Positions 7,573-18,161 of a stretch of DNA of 25,925 bases are shown piece after piece. Below the pieces are notes generated by a model. The model was not told the DNA's origin, made no database searches, and saw nothing but the letters and a program-made list of their open reading frames with translations. This stretch comes from Candidatus Zambryskibacteria bacterium CG_4_9_14_3_um_filter_40_16 (GTDB taxonomy: Bacteria; Patescibacteriota; Minisyncoccia; Phycocordibacterales; Zambryskibacteraceae). The stretch covers positions 1 to 25,925 of the forward strand of contig PFXE01000015.1 of the NCBI GenBank assembly GCA_002791475.1, written 5' to 3'. Numbering within the stretch: the first letter of the stretch is position 1; every line of letters starts with the position of its first letter. The position numbers and the translations under genes are program-made.

Positions 7573-9105
7573 ATGGACTATAAGGATACAGAATATTTTA
7601 AAGTTGGTAGGGCGTCGGATCTCCAAGGTGGGGACAGGTTCCTGTATCGGATGTTAGAAATAATGCCCGGATTTTTGTCTTGGTCCACCATTCTTGGCAC
7701 AATATTTTTGTCCGCCTTTTTCCCCACAGCCGCCGCATATTTCATTATCTCATTTGATTTGTACTGGCTTTTGAAGACCGCATATCTTTCTGTGCACCTA
7801 AGGCATAACTGGAAAAGAATCAAATATAATCTTTCTGTGGATTGGTCTCTGATGATATCAAAAATGAAATATGAACATATTTATCACATGGTTATATTGC
7901 CTTTCTATAAAGAACCGCAAGATGTTATAGAAGAAAGTATTAAGTCTCTTGTGGCGTCGCAGTACGATAAGAAAAAAATGATAATCATTCTTGCCAGAGA
8001 AGAGAGGGCGGGAGACCAATCCGAAAAAACCGCAGAAATAATAAGAAAAAAATATGGAAATGATTTCGGATATTTTTTGGTAACCGCGCATAAAGAAGGA
8101 GTGGCGGGTGAAATGGCAGGAAAGGGTTCCAACATTTCTTTTGCCGCTGAAATGGCGAGAACAGAAATTTTGGATAAGAGTGCTATTCCATATAAAGATG
8201 TAATAGTTTCAGCGTTTGATATAGATACAGTAGCATACAAACAATTTTTTCTTTGTTTAACTTGGCATTTTCTTACCTCTCCAAATCCACTCAAAACATC
8301 TTTTCAACCCGTTCCTTTTTACAACAACAATATCTGGGATGCGCCCGCATTGTCTAGAGTAGCCGCCGGTTCTAGTACTTTTTGGCAAATGATGCAACAG
8401 GAGAGACCCGAAAAATTGGCGACTTTCTCATCACACTCTGTCAGTTTCCAGACACTTTTTGAAGTTGGTTATTGGCAAAAAAATATTGTTTCGGAAGATT
8501 CCAGAATCTTTTGGAACCTTTTTATGGCTCAAAATGCCGATTACACGGTTACTCCACTTTCTTATCCGGTATCTATGGACGCCAATGTCAGTCACTCATG
8601 GTGGCAAACCGCTATAAATGTTTATAAACAGAATAGGAGGTGGTCATGGGGAGTTGAAAATGTTCCGTATTTAATTTTTGGGTCCATAAAAAACAAAAAA
8701 ATTCCTCTTTGGAAGAAAATCAAAGTGATTTTTGTTCAAACGGAAGGATTCTGGTCTCTCGCCACCAATCCCATATTAATTTTTATACTGGGGTGGTTGC
8801 CGGTTATTTTGGGTGGAGCAAGCTTTAATAAAACAGTTTTGTCTTATAATTTACCCTTTTTAACTCGCAATATAATGATAGTCGCAATGTTGGGCTTAAT
8901 CCTGTCTGGTATAATATTCATATCCTTTTTACCTGAAAGACCAAAACACAGAAGCAAATATTCAAGAATATTAATGGTTTTTCAATGGATTTTGGTGCCC
9001 ATAACCATAACAGTATTTGGCGCTATCCCCGGGTTGGAAGCGCAAACCCGATTACTTTTTGGGAAATATATGGGGTTTTGGGTTACCCCTAAACACAGAA
9101 CTTAA
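7573..9105 (+). CDS. Processive GT2 membrane glycosyltransferase (cellulose-synthase-like)
   Basis: N- and C-terminal TM helices; ILPFYKE, AGKGSN, AFDID (DxD), SED, QNRRW (QxxRW). ATG 7573 preferred over GTG 7555 because TG-A-TAGAGT at 7548-7556 overlaps the GTG. Confidence 0.8.
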   Translation: MDYKDTEYFKVGRASDLQGGDRFLYRMLEIMPGFLSWSTILGTIFLSAFFPTAAAYFIISFDLYWLLKTAYLSVHLRHNWKRIKYNLSVDWSLMISKMKYEHIYHMVILPFYKEPQDVIEESIKSLVASQYDKKKMIIILAREERAGDQSEKTAEIIRKKYGNDFGYFLVTAHKEGVAGEMAGKGSNISFAAEMARTEILDKSAIPYKDVIVSAFDIDTVAYKQFFLCLTWHFLTSPNPLKTSFQPVPFYNNNIWDAPALSRVAAGSSTFWQMMQQERPEKLATFSSHSVSFQTLFEVGYWQKNIVSEDSRIFWNLFMAQNADYTVTPLSYPVSMDANVSHSWWQTAINVYKQNRRWSWGVENVPYLIFGSIKNKKIPLWKKIKVIFVQTEGFWSLATNPILIFILGWLPVILGGASFNKTVLSYNLPFLTRNIMIVAMLGLILSGIIFISFLPERPKHRSKYSRILMVFQWILVPITITVFGAIPGLEAQTRLLFGKYMGFWVTPKHRT

Positions 9106-9161
9106 AAATGAATACCGCACGAAGCCGTAGTCGCGGTTTCAATAAATGATAAACTATAAAT

Positions 9162-9239
9162 ATGAAACTAAGTCGAAGAATTTACAAATATAGTTTTGCG
9201 CAGATATTACCAGACCGCAACCTTCTTCGTACGGCATGA
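9162..9239 (+). CDS. Putative 25-aa leaderless upstream ORF (MKLSRRIYKYSFAQILPDRNLLRTA)
   Basis: TG-A-TAAACT (9147-9155), 6 nt, ATG; its TGA overlaps the next ATG (ATGA at 9236-9239). Confidence 0.35.
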   Translation: MKLSRRIYKYSFAQILPDRNLLRTA

Positions 9240-10117
9240 AACCTCTTTCCAAAAGAAAAAGAACAGTATACTTGCTAGTTTCTTTCTTGGTTTTTATAAT
9301 ACTTGCTCCGTTTTTGATTCTTTATGCAAGGGGATATAGATTAAGCGAGGTGTTTAAACTTTTTCCAACAGGAGGTCTTTATGTTTCCGTGGGTCAATCT
9401 GGAGTTAATGTTTATCTTGATGATGAGCCGATTAAGAAAACGAATATTTTCCAAAAGACTGTTTTTGTCCAGAATCTAAAACCTTCTGAGTATAAGGTAA
9501 GTGTCTCAAAAGAAGGTTTTCAGGGGTGGGAAAAAATTCTTTCTGTTTATCCAGAAACGGTTACAGAAGTCAGGCCGTTTATATTACCAGAAGAACCCAT
9601 TCTAATAGAAGTTTTGCCGACAATCCCATCTTCTCAAAATTCCACATCAACATCAGCTTCTTCCAGTGTGGAAATAGTCAATCCAGAATATGAAAATGTG
9701 AGTGAGTTGTTTACAAAAAAAAGCGAAACGGCAACCACCACAAATAATATTTCAACATCAACAGATAAAATAAAGACGGTTCGCAAGTTTTCAATAGAAA
9801 GTATTGATGATTCTCTTTTTATCAAATGGACAGGAAACTTAGAAGATGTCCCTGCGTATTTTTGTCAAAGCAATATATGTAATGACGAAATTGTAATAAA
9901 AATGGCATATCCAATTAAAAAATTTGACTTTTTCCCAGGAAGAGACGATTTGATCATTGTTGGTCTGTTGGACGGTATATTTGTCACTGAATTAGATATT
10001 CGTTCAAAGCAAAACATCGCCACACTTGCTCTTGGTGACGGTCTTGATTTTAGAGTTGTTAACGGGGATAAGATTTACATAAGAAAAGGCAAGCAATTTT
10101 TCTTGGTTTCTTTATAG
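9236..10117 (+). CDS. Membrane-anchored PEGA/carboxypeptidase-regulatory-like domain protein with Ser/Thr-rich linker
   Basis: N-terminal TM then YARGYRL...TGGLYV...VYLDD...NLKPSEYKVSVSKEGFQGWEK (PEGA-like pattern); S/T-rich stretch at about 9625-9765. Confidence 0.6.
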   Translation: MKPLSKRKRTVYLLVSFLVFIILAPFLILYARGYRLSEVFKLFPTGGLYVSVGQSGVNVYLDDEPIKKTNIFQKTVFVQNLKPSEYKVSVSKEGFQGWEKILSVYPETVTEVRPFILPEEPILIEVLPTIPSSQNSTSTSASSSVEIVNPEYENVSELFTKKSETATTTNNISTSTDKIKTVRKFSIESIDDSLFIKWTGNLEDVPAYFCQSNICNDEIVIKMAYPIKKFDFFPGRDDLIIVGLLDGIFVTELDIRSKQNIATLALGDGLDFRVVNGDKIYIRKGKQFFLVSL

Positions 10118-10177
10118 TTTGCAAATTTATTCATAAAGATTTGGTTCTTTAGATTATCGGGTTATAATTACCCCACT

Positions 10178-10912
10178 ATGTCAGAAGAGGGTCATATTCA
10201 TCCAATTAGTCAAATAATAAGTAACACCGAAGCCATTTTTAGAGAAATGGGCTTTGCCGTTGCAAGCGGTCCAGAGATGGAAACCGAGTATTACAATTTT
10301 GATGCGCTTAATATACCCACGCATCATCCAGCAAGAGATATGTGGGATACATTTTGGATAAAACCGGAGAATGCCAGAAAGTTACTAAGAACGCACACCT
10401 CACCCGTTCAGGTTAGATATGCGGAAACACACAAACCGCCAATAAGGATAATTGTTCCAGGAAAAACTTTTAGACATGAAGCAACTGATGCCACCCACGA
10501 AGCTCAATTTTTTCAACTAGAAGGGTTAATGATAGAAGAAGATGTAACGCTTGCTAATCTTAAATTTGTGTTGACAAACTATTTTGAAAAATTATTTGAT
10601 ACCCAAACAAACATTAGATTTCGCCCTAGTTTTTTCCCATTTGTTGAGCCGGGAGTTGAAATTGATATGTCTTGTTTTAAGTGTGATGGTTCAGGTAAGG
10701 ACTGCAATACTTGCAGAGGGACGGGGTGGATTGAAATTATGGGGGCCGGAATGGTACACCCAAAGGTTTTGCAAGCAATGAAAATTGACCCCAACAAATA
10801 TAAGGGTTTCGCCTTCGGAGGAGGGGTAGATCGTATTGCTATGATTAAATACGGCATAGACGATATCCGATCTTTTTATTCCGGAGATCTTCGGGTGATA
10901 AATCAATTCTAA
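10178..10912 (+). CDS. pheS: Phenylalanine-tRNA ligase alpha subunit (catalytic core only)
   Basis: HPARDMWDTF, LLRTHTSPVQ, GKTFRHE..DATH..QFFQLEG, FRPSFFPFVEPG, CxxC..CxxC insert, GWIEIMGAGMVHP, GFAFGGGVDR. TATAAT at 10163-10168. Confidence 0.97.
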   Translation: MSEEGHIHPISQIISNTEAIFREMGFAVASGPEMETEYYNFDALNIPTHHPARDMWDTFWIKPENARKLLRTHTSPVQVRYAETHKPPIRIIVPGKTFRHEATDATHEAQFFQLEGLMIEEDVTLANLKFVLTNYFEKLFDTQTNIRFRPSFFPFVEPGVEIDMSCFKCDGSGKDCNTCRGTGWIEIMGAGMVHPKVLQAMKIDPNKYKGFAFGGGVDRIAMIKYGIDDIRSFYSGDLRVINQF

Positions 10913-10915
10913 ATT

Positions 10916-13339
10916 ATGCGCGTATCTTATAATTGGTTAAAAACATATTTTGAATCAGAAATCCCATCTCCGGAAAAAATCGGTAATCTTTTGACACAGC
11001 ATTCTTTTGAGGTTGAATCAATTACACAATTTGAAGAAGATTTTGTTCTTGATATAAAAGTTTTACCGGACCGTTCCCATGACTGCCTCTCACATTTTGG
11101 TATAGCGAAAGAAGTTTCTCTGCTTACTTTTGTGCCAATCAAGAAAGAGTTTGTTAATATTGTTCCAATAAGCGCGCCGGAATCAAACATTCTCCAGGTT
11201 GAAATTGAAGACCCCAAACTCTGCCCAAGATTCACCGCTGTCGTTATTGAAAATGTTGAATTGAGGGAAAGCCCTGGGTGGCTCAAGGGGGCTTTAAAAA
11301 GTTTGGGACAAAAATCCATCAATAACATAGTGGATGCCACCAATTACATAATGTATTCATTGGGCCAGCCTCTACACGCATATGATATGGCCAAACTTAA
11401 AGATGAAAGCGGTAACTATCTATTGAGAGCCAGGGTGGCTAGAAAATCAGAAAAAGTAAAAACATTGGATGGGAAGGAGTATGAAATGGATGAAAATATG
11501 CAAGTCATTTCTGACGGTATGACGGGAGATAGCGCTTTAGGTATAGCCGGCATAAAAGGGGGGGAAGCAACTAAAATTGATAAAAATACAAAAAGTATAA
11601 TTATAGAATCCGCCAACTTTCATCCGGTGAATATTAGAAAGACCGCCACAAAGTTAGGACTTCGCACAGACGCATCCATAAGATTTGGAAACGAAATATC
11701 CCCAGAGCTGACCCTGCCCGCGATATTTGAAGCTTCTCGTCTTGTTGTAAAGATTGCAGGGACTGAAAAGACCGCGATAGAAGGAATTTGTGATAAATAT
11801 CCCAGACGAACGTCATTATACAAGGTTGGTTTTTCTTTGTCAGAAGTTCAATCAACTTTGGGTATTGATATTTCCCAAAACGAGATTCAATCAATACTAA
11901 ACAGGAGGGGGTATGAGTGGGAGGAGGTTTTTCCCAGAGAGAAGATTATGAACACCGCCGAGGGGTTGGTGGGTGTCCCGTATAAATACGGCTCAAGCAT
12001 TCTTTCTGACGCGCCTACATCGTTTGATTGTTCGTCTCTATCTTCTTATTTGTATATTCAATCAGGCATTTCTTTGCCTAGAATATCCGTGGACCAATAT
12101 GTTTTTACCGACGAAGTAAAAGAACAAGACGCTCGCCCCGGAGATTTGGTTTTTGCCAATACGGGTAAGGTGGTTAACACTAGCGGTTTGTATTACTCAA
12201 AAGTTCTAGATAAAAACATAGAGGAGGTTCCAATAAGGAGCAAATCAGTAGAATTTATTCCCGGTACGGAAGTAGAGGGTGGAATTGACCATGTTGGGAT
12301 TTATTTTGGAAACGGAGAAGTTTTACACAGTACAAAAGACGAAGGGGGCGTGATAAAAGAAAATTTATTAGATTCAAAAAATTTTAAAAACTTTAGAGGA
12401 TTCAGGGCTATAAAATCTTTAGATGAAAAACGTTTTGTTGTTACCATTCCGCCAGAGAGGCTTGATTTAAGAATAAAAGAAGACCTGATTGAGGAAGTTG
12501 GAAGAATATACGGATATGAAAACATTCCAACCAAAAAAATAAAAAACAATCAAATAAAACCCGAAGTGAACAAGGACGAGTATTATGGCAATATAATAAG
12601 AGGTATTCTGATTTCAAAAGGTTTTTCTGAAATCATTTCATATACTTTTGTGAAAAAAGGAGAGATAGAACTTATAAATCCATTGGCGGGAGACAAGAAG
12701 TTTTTGCGAAACAATTTAACTGATGGTATTAAGGAATCTTTGGATTTTAATATTGGAAATGCTCTTCTCTTGGGTTTAGAACAAATTAAGGTATTTGAAA
12801 TAGGAAATGTTTTCCCAAAATCCGGAGAAGTCAAACACCTTGCTTTTGGAATAAAGAATCCGAAAGGCTCTAAAAAGGAAAAATCTGAGGATAAAGATAT
12901 TGAAGAAACCGTCAATTTGTTAGAAAAAGAATTGGCCATAAAAACCGATTTTAAAATTAATAACTCAATTGCTGAATGCGATTGGAGCAGTATTCTCGCT
13001 CAATTAGAAGATGTTGAAATCGCCCATATTCCCAAAAAATTAAGTCAAGCAAGATACAAAAAACCGTCAACATACCCCTTTGTTTTAAGAGATATCGCCA
13101 TACTTCACAACAAAGAATTGTTAAAAGAAAAATTAACGGAAGTAATTAAAGATGCGGGTGGCGATACTTTAAAGATAGTTAAATTATTTGATGAGTTTTC
13201 TCCGGATAAGGAAAATATTTCAAGCGCTTTTCACCTTGTTTTCGTTTCAGACACCAAAACGTTAACAGACGATGAGGTAAACGAAACAATGGCGTTGATA
13301 GAAGAACAGATAAGGAATAATGGTTGGAAAGTAAGATGA
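10916..13339 (+). CDS. pheT: Phenylalanine-tRNA ligase beta subunit with an internal NlpC/P60 domain and no B2 OB-fold
   Basis: B1 MRVSYNWL...PDRSHDCLSHFGIAKE; B3/4 INNIVDATNY..GQPLHAYD, ESANF, RTDASIRF; B5 IPPERLDL..EDLIEEVGRIYGY; B8 YPFVLRDIA...TLTDDEV. Confidence 0.95.
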   Translation: MRVSYNWLKTYFESEIPSPEKIGNLLTQHSFEVESITQFEEDFVLDIKVLPDRSHDCLSHFGIAKEVSLLTFVPIKKEFVNIVPISAPESNILQVEIEDPKLCPRFTAVVIENVELRESPGWLKGALKSLGQKSINNIVDATNYIMYSLGQPLHAYDMAKLKDESGNYLLRARVARKSEKVKTLDGKEYEMDENMQVISDGMTGDSALGIAGIKGGEATKIDKNTKSIIIESANFHPVNIRKTATKLGLRTDASIRFGNEISPELTLPAIFEASRLVVKIAGTEKTAIEGICDKYPRRTSLYKVGFSLSEVQSTLGIDISQNEIQSILNRRGYEWEEVFPREKIMNTAEGLVGVPYKYGSSILSDAPTSFDCSSLSSYLYIQSGISLPRISVDQYVFTDEVKEQDARPGDLVFANTGKVVNTSGLYYSKVLDKNIEEVPIRSKSVEFIPGTEVEGGIDHVGIYFGNGEVLHSTKDEGGVIKENLLDSKNFKNFRGFRAIKSLDEKRFVVTIPPERLDLRIKEDLIEEVGRIYGYENIPTKKIKNNQIKPEVNKDEYYGNIIRGILISKGFSEIISYTFVKKGEIELINPLAGDKKFLRNNLTDGIKESLDFNIGNALLLGLEQIKVFEIGNVFPKSGEVKHLAFGIKNPKGSKKEKSEDKDIEETVNLLEKELAIKTDFKINNSIAECDWSSILAQLEDVEIAHIPKKLSQARYKKPSTYPFVLRDIAILHNKELLKEKLTEVIKDAGGDTLKIVKLFDEFSPDKENISSAFHLVFVSDTKTLTDDEVNETMALIEEQIRNNGWKVR
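11930..12424 (+). other. NlpC/P60 (C40) cysteine peptidase domain inserted in PheT (aa ~339-503)
   Basis: LVGVPYKYG, FDCSSL (Cys372, nt 12029), SLPRISVDQ, RPGDLVF, DHVGIYFGNGEVLHS (His459 nt 12290, His471 nt 12326). Confidence 0.9.
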
Positions 13340-13959
13340 AAATGCAAGTACCATATTATTCGCAATATAAAGATGTGGAGAAAGAAGAATGGAAGATTCT
13401 TGGAAAAGCGCGCGCGTGTACGGCCGCGTGTCTTAAGATGGTCTTTGAATATTTCAAAGTTGATAATTGTCCAACGGTTGATGAAATTTTTGAAGAGAGC
13501 TTAATTATCACTCAAGATATGCTGGAAAAAAAATTAATTACCGAATTAACAATTACTCATGGCATTACACACGACGTAATTACACTGGTGTCGCACAATC
13601 ACGGCGTGCCATCTTTTAAAGAAGAATTTAAGTCCGTTAAGATTGATACTGCAAATAAAACATTTTCTCCAAGCAAATATTCACAAAAGATTTTTGACTT
13701 TGGTATCAAAGAAATTTTTAATACATTAAAGGGTGGGGGATTAGTTTTGACATCTGTTCTCCCCGGCTTATCAAATGGGCAATCTTTCCATACGGTACTT
13801 TTGGTCGGTTTTGAAGAAGCAGATGGAAAAATAAAGGGATTTTACTACCATGACCCAGATTCTATTGACGGCACTCTTTCCAATCAATACTTAGACCTAA
13901 AGATGTTTGATAAATATTGGAGAAAACAAGCTATTTTTTTCCCTTTTTTGGGTAAATAA
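13336..13959 (+). CDS. C39-like (papain-fold) cysteine peptidase, no signal peptide
   Basis: VPYYSQ (oxyanion Gln), ACTAACLKMV (Cys), SFHTVLLVGF (His), YYHDP (Asp). ATG 13336 overlaps the pheT TGA (ATGA). Confidence 0.75.
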   Translation: MKMQVPYYSQYKDVEKEEWKILGKARACTAACLKMVFEYFKVDNCPTVDEIFEESLIITQDMLEKKLITELTITHGITHDVITLVSHNHGVPSFKEEFKSVKIDTANKTFSPSKYSQKIFDFGIKEIFNTLKGGGLVLTSVLPGLSNGQSFHTVLLVGFEEADGKIKGFYYHDPDSIDGTLSNQYLDLKMFDKYWRKQAIFFPFLGK

Positions 13960-13984
13960 CAGCCTTCCATTTTATACCCCAATT

Positions 13985-13993
13985 TGCTATAAT
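13985..13993 (+). promoter_or_regulatory. gyrB extended -10 promoter
   Basis: TG-C-TATAAT at 13985-13993; implies a ~95-nt leader. Confidence 0.65.
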
Positions 13994-14092
13994 ATCCTTG
14001 TAAAGAAAGGGTATTTTAAGTTTCGTATCCGCCCAAAGCGGGTGCGATGTTTGTTTAAAAGCCCAATTCGTATATTTTAAAGAATCTCATAA

Positions 14093-16195
<2,103 letters not shown>

Positions 16196-16241
16196 TCGCT
16201 CGGATTGTTGATTAAAAATCCTTAGCTTCTCCTTATTGAAT

Positions 16242-18062
16242 TTATTTTTTATTCTTGATTTCATCTAAAAGTTTTGAGAGAAGTTCGTTTGGTGTGATTT
16301 GTCCGACGTTTCCGTCATTCCTGGATTCTAAAGTAATCTTATCTACCTCAACTTCTTTATCCCCAATTATGACCGCATATGGGGTTTTTTCCAATTTCCA
16401 GTTTCTAATTTTTTTGCCCAAAGTTTCATTATTTTCATCAACCTCAACTCTTATACCTTCGTTTTTTAAATGTTCAAAAATTTTATTGGCATAGTTTAAA
16501 TGAAGCTCGCTTATCGGAATAATTTTAACCTGAACGGGGGAAAGCCAAAGAGGAAAAACACCCCCATATTTTTCTATAAGAAATGCGATTATTCTTTCAA
16601 TCGCTCCGATTGATGAGCGGTGTATTACTATTGCTCTTTTTTCCTTTCCGTCTTTGTCCGTAAAATTTAGATCAAATCTTTCGGGCATAACAAAGTCGTA
16701 CTGCACCGTAAATGCGGTTTCTTCCTTACCCCTAATATTTTTCATTTGTATATCAATTTTGGGACCATAGAAAGCGGCTTCTCCAGGGGCCTCTATAAAA
16801 TCGGTCTTTCTTTTCTTTAGTACATTGCGTAGTTTATCCTCCGCCTCATCCCAGGAGGCATCATTTTTGTAGTATTTTTCTTCATTCCCCCTATCACCCA
16901 AAGATAGTCTATAAGAGTAATCCTCTCCTTTTTTGAGACCAAGGACATCCGTTATGTATTCAATTAAATCAAGTGCGCCGTTAACTTCTTCCGCGGCTTG
17001 CGTACTGTCTTTACAAATAATATGAGCGTCAGATAGACAAAAACTTCGTACTCTCATTAAGCCGGAGAGTTCTCCCGATTGTTCGTAGCGATATAGCTTT
17101 GCCATTTCGGCAATTCTCATTGGCAACTCTTTATAGCTCCTTGGTTTTGAAAGGTAGAGCTCAAAATGGTGCGGGCAAGTCATTGGCCTTAACATAAATT
17201 CTTCATCATCAATCTTAATCGGCGCATACATAGAATCTTTGTAATATGGGTAGTGTCCGGACTTTTTATATAGATTTAAATTTGCTATGTCGGGACTATA
17301 AACGTGTTTGTAACCTCTCTTTATCTCTTCATCCACAATAAACCTTTCCAGCTCCCTTCTTATCGTGGCGCCTTTTTCCGTCCAAAGGGGCAAACCCTTG
17401 CCTACCAAGTCTGAAAAAACAAAAAGCCCCATATCTTTTCCCACCTTTCTATGGTCTCTTTTGTCTGCTTCTTCTTGTTGAGCTAGATATTTATCCAACT
17501 CTTTTTTTGTTTCAAAAGCCAATCCATATATTCTGGTAAGCATTTTGTTTTTTTCGTTTCCTCTCCAGTAAGCGCCGGCGATGTGGGTTAATTTGAATAC
17601 ATTTGGATTTATCTTTCCTATATTTTCAATATGCCCCCCTCTACACAAATCAATAAAACCAGATTTCAGAATATAGCCTCCAGCTTTTAGTAGAAATTCT
17701 TTTGAGGGAATACTATTTTTGGGTCCAGAATAGAAGATGGTAATATTTTCTCCCGCCTTCGAGTGTTCATTGATTAATTCAATTTTATATGGATTTTGGG
17801 AAAAAATCTCTCGTGCCTCATCAGGCGTTACTTCAATTTTTTCAAAAACTTCCCAAGTAGGAAGAAATTCTCTCATCTTCTCCTCTATTTTTGGTAAATC
17901 GTCGTTTCCAATGGGCGTATTTAGCTCAAAATCATAATAAAAACCGTTTTCAATAGCGGGTCCCAGGGTTGGTAGGGCATTTTTGTCAAAACTTAAAACA
18001 GCCGCAGCCAAAAGATGCGATAGGGAATGGCGTAATTTTTCTATATTCTCGCCAGATTTCAT
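16242..18062 (-). CDS. thrS: Threonine-tRNA ligase (lacks the N-terminal TGS domain)
   Basis: Starts at LRHSLSHLLA (editing HxxxH), DLCRGGH, GAYWRG, RDHRKVG, LRPMTCPHH, YRYEQSGELSGLMRVR, AFYGPKID, HRSSIGAIER, WLSPVQV. Confidence 0.97.
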   Translation of the reverse strand: MKSGENIEKLRHSLSHLLAAAVLSFDKNALPTLGPAIENGFYYDFELNTPIGNDDLPKIEEKMREFLPTWEVFEKIEVTPDEAREIFSQNPYKIELINEHSKAGENITIFYSGPKNSIPSKEFLLKAGGYILKSGFIDLCRGGHIENIGKINPNVFKLTHIAGAYWRGNEKNKMLTRIYGLAFETKKELDKYLAQQEEADKRDHRKVGKDMGLFVFSDLVGKGLPLWTEKGATIRRELERFIVDEEIKRGYKHVYSPDIANLNLYKKSGHYPYYKDSMYAPIKIDDEEFMLRPMTCPHHFELYLSKPRSYKELPMRIAEMAKLYRYEQSGELSGLMRVRSFCLSDAHIICKDSTQAAEEVNGALDLIEYITDVLGLKKGEDYSYRLSLGDRGNEEKYYKNDASWDEAEDKLRNVLKKRKTDFIEAPGEAAFYGPKIDIQMKNIRGKEETAFTVQYDFVMPERFDLNFTDKDGKEKRAIVIHRSSIGAIERIIAFLIEKYGGVFPLWLSPVQVKIIPISELHLNYANKIFEHLKNEGIRVEVDENNETLGKKIRNWKLEKTPYAVIIGDKEVEVDKITLESRNDGNVGQITPNELLSKLLDEIKNKK

Positions 18063-18077
18063 AGGACAATATTAGCA
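18063..18077 (-). promoter_or_regulatory. Leaderless thrS promoter
   Basis: Minus strand reads TG-C-TAATAT-TGTCCT-ATG (6-nt spacing). Confidence 0.6.
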
Positions 18078-18161
18078 TAATTTACCTTTTTAAAAAGTAA
18101 GAATATGGATTTTTGAGTAATACCTGAAACTTAACCATAGATAATGATAAATCTCGGTTTT

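Noticed and set aside
10115-10177. PEGA-like gene and pheS are in frame, separated by one TAG (possible readthrough fusion)
   Set aside because: The 20 intervening codons contain pheS's own TATAAT and do not look like a linker; other genes use TAG as a normal stop.
18086-18097. Palindrome CTTTTTAAAAAG near the thrS -35 region
   Set aside because: A/T-run palindromes are expected by chance at this composition; no second copy noticed.
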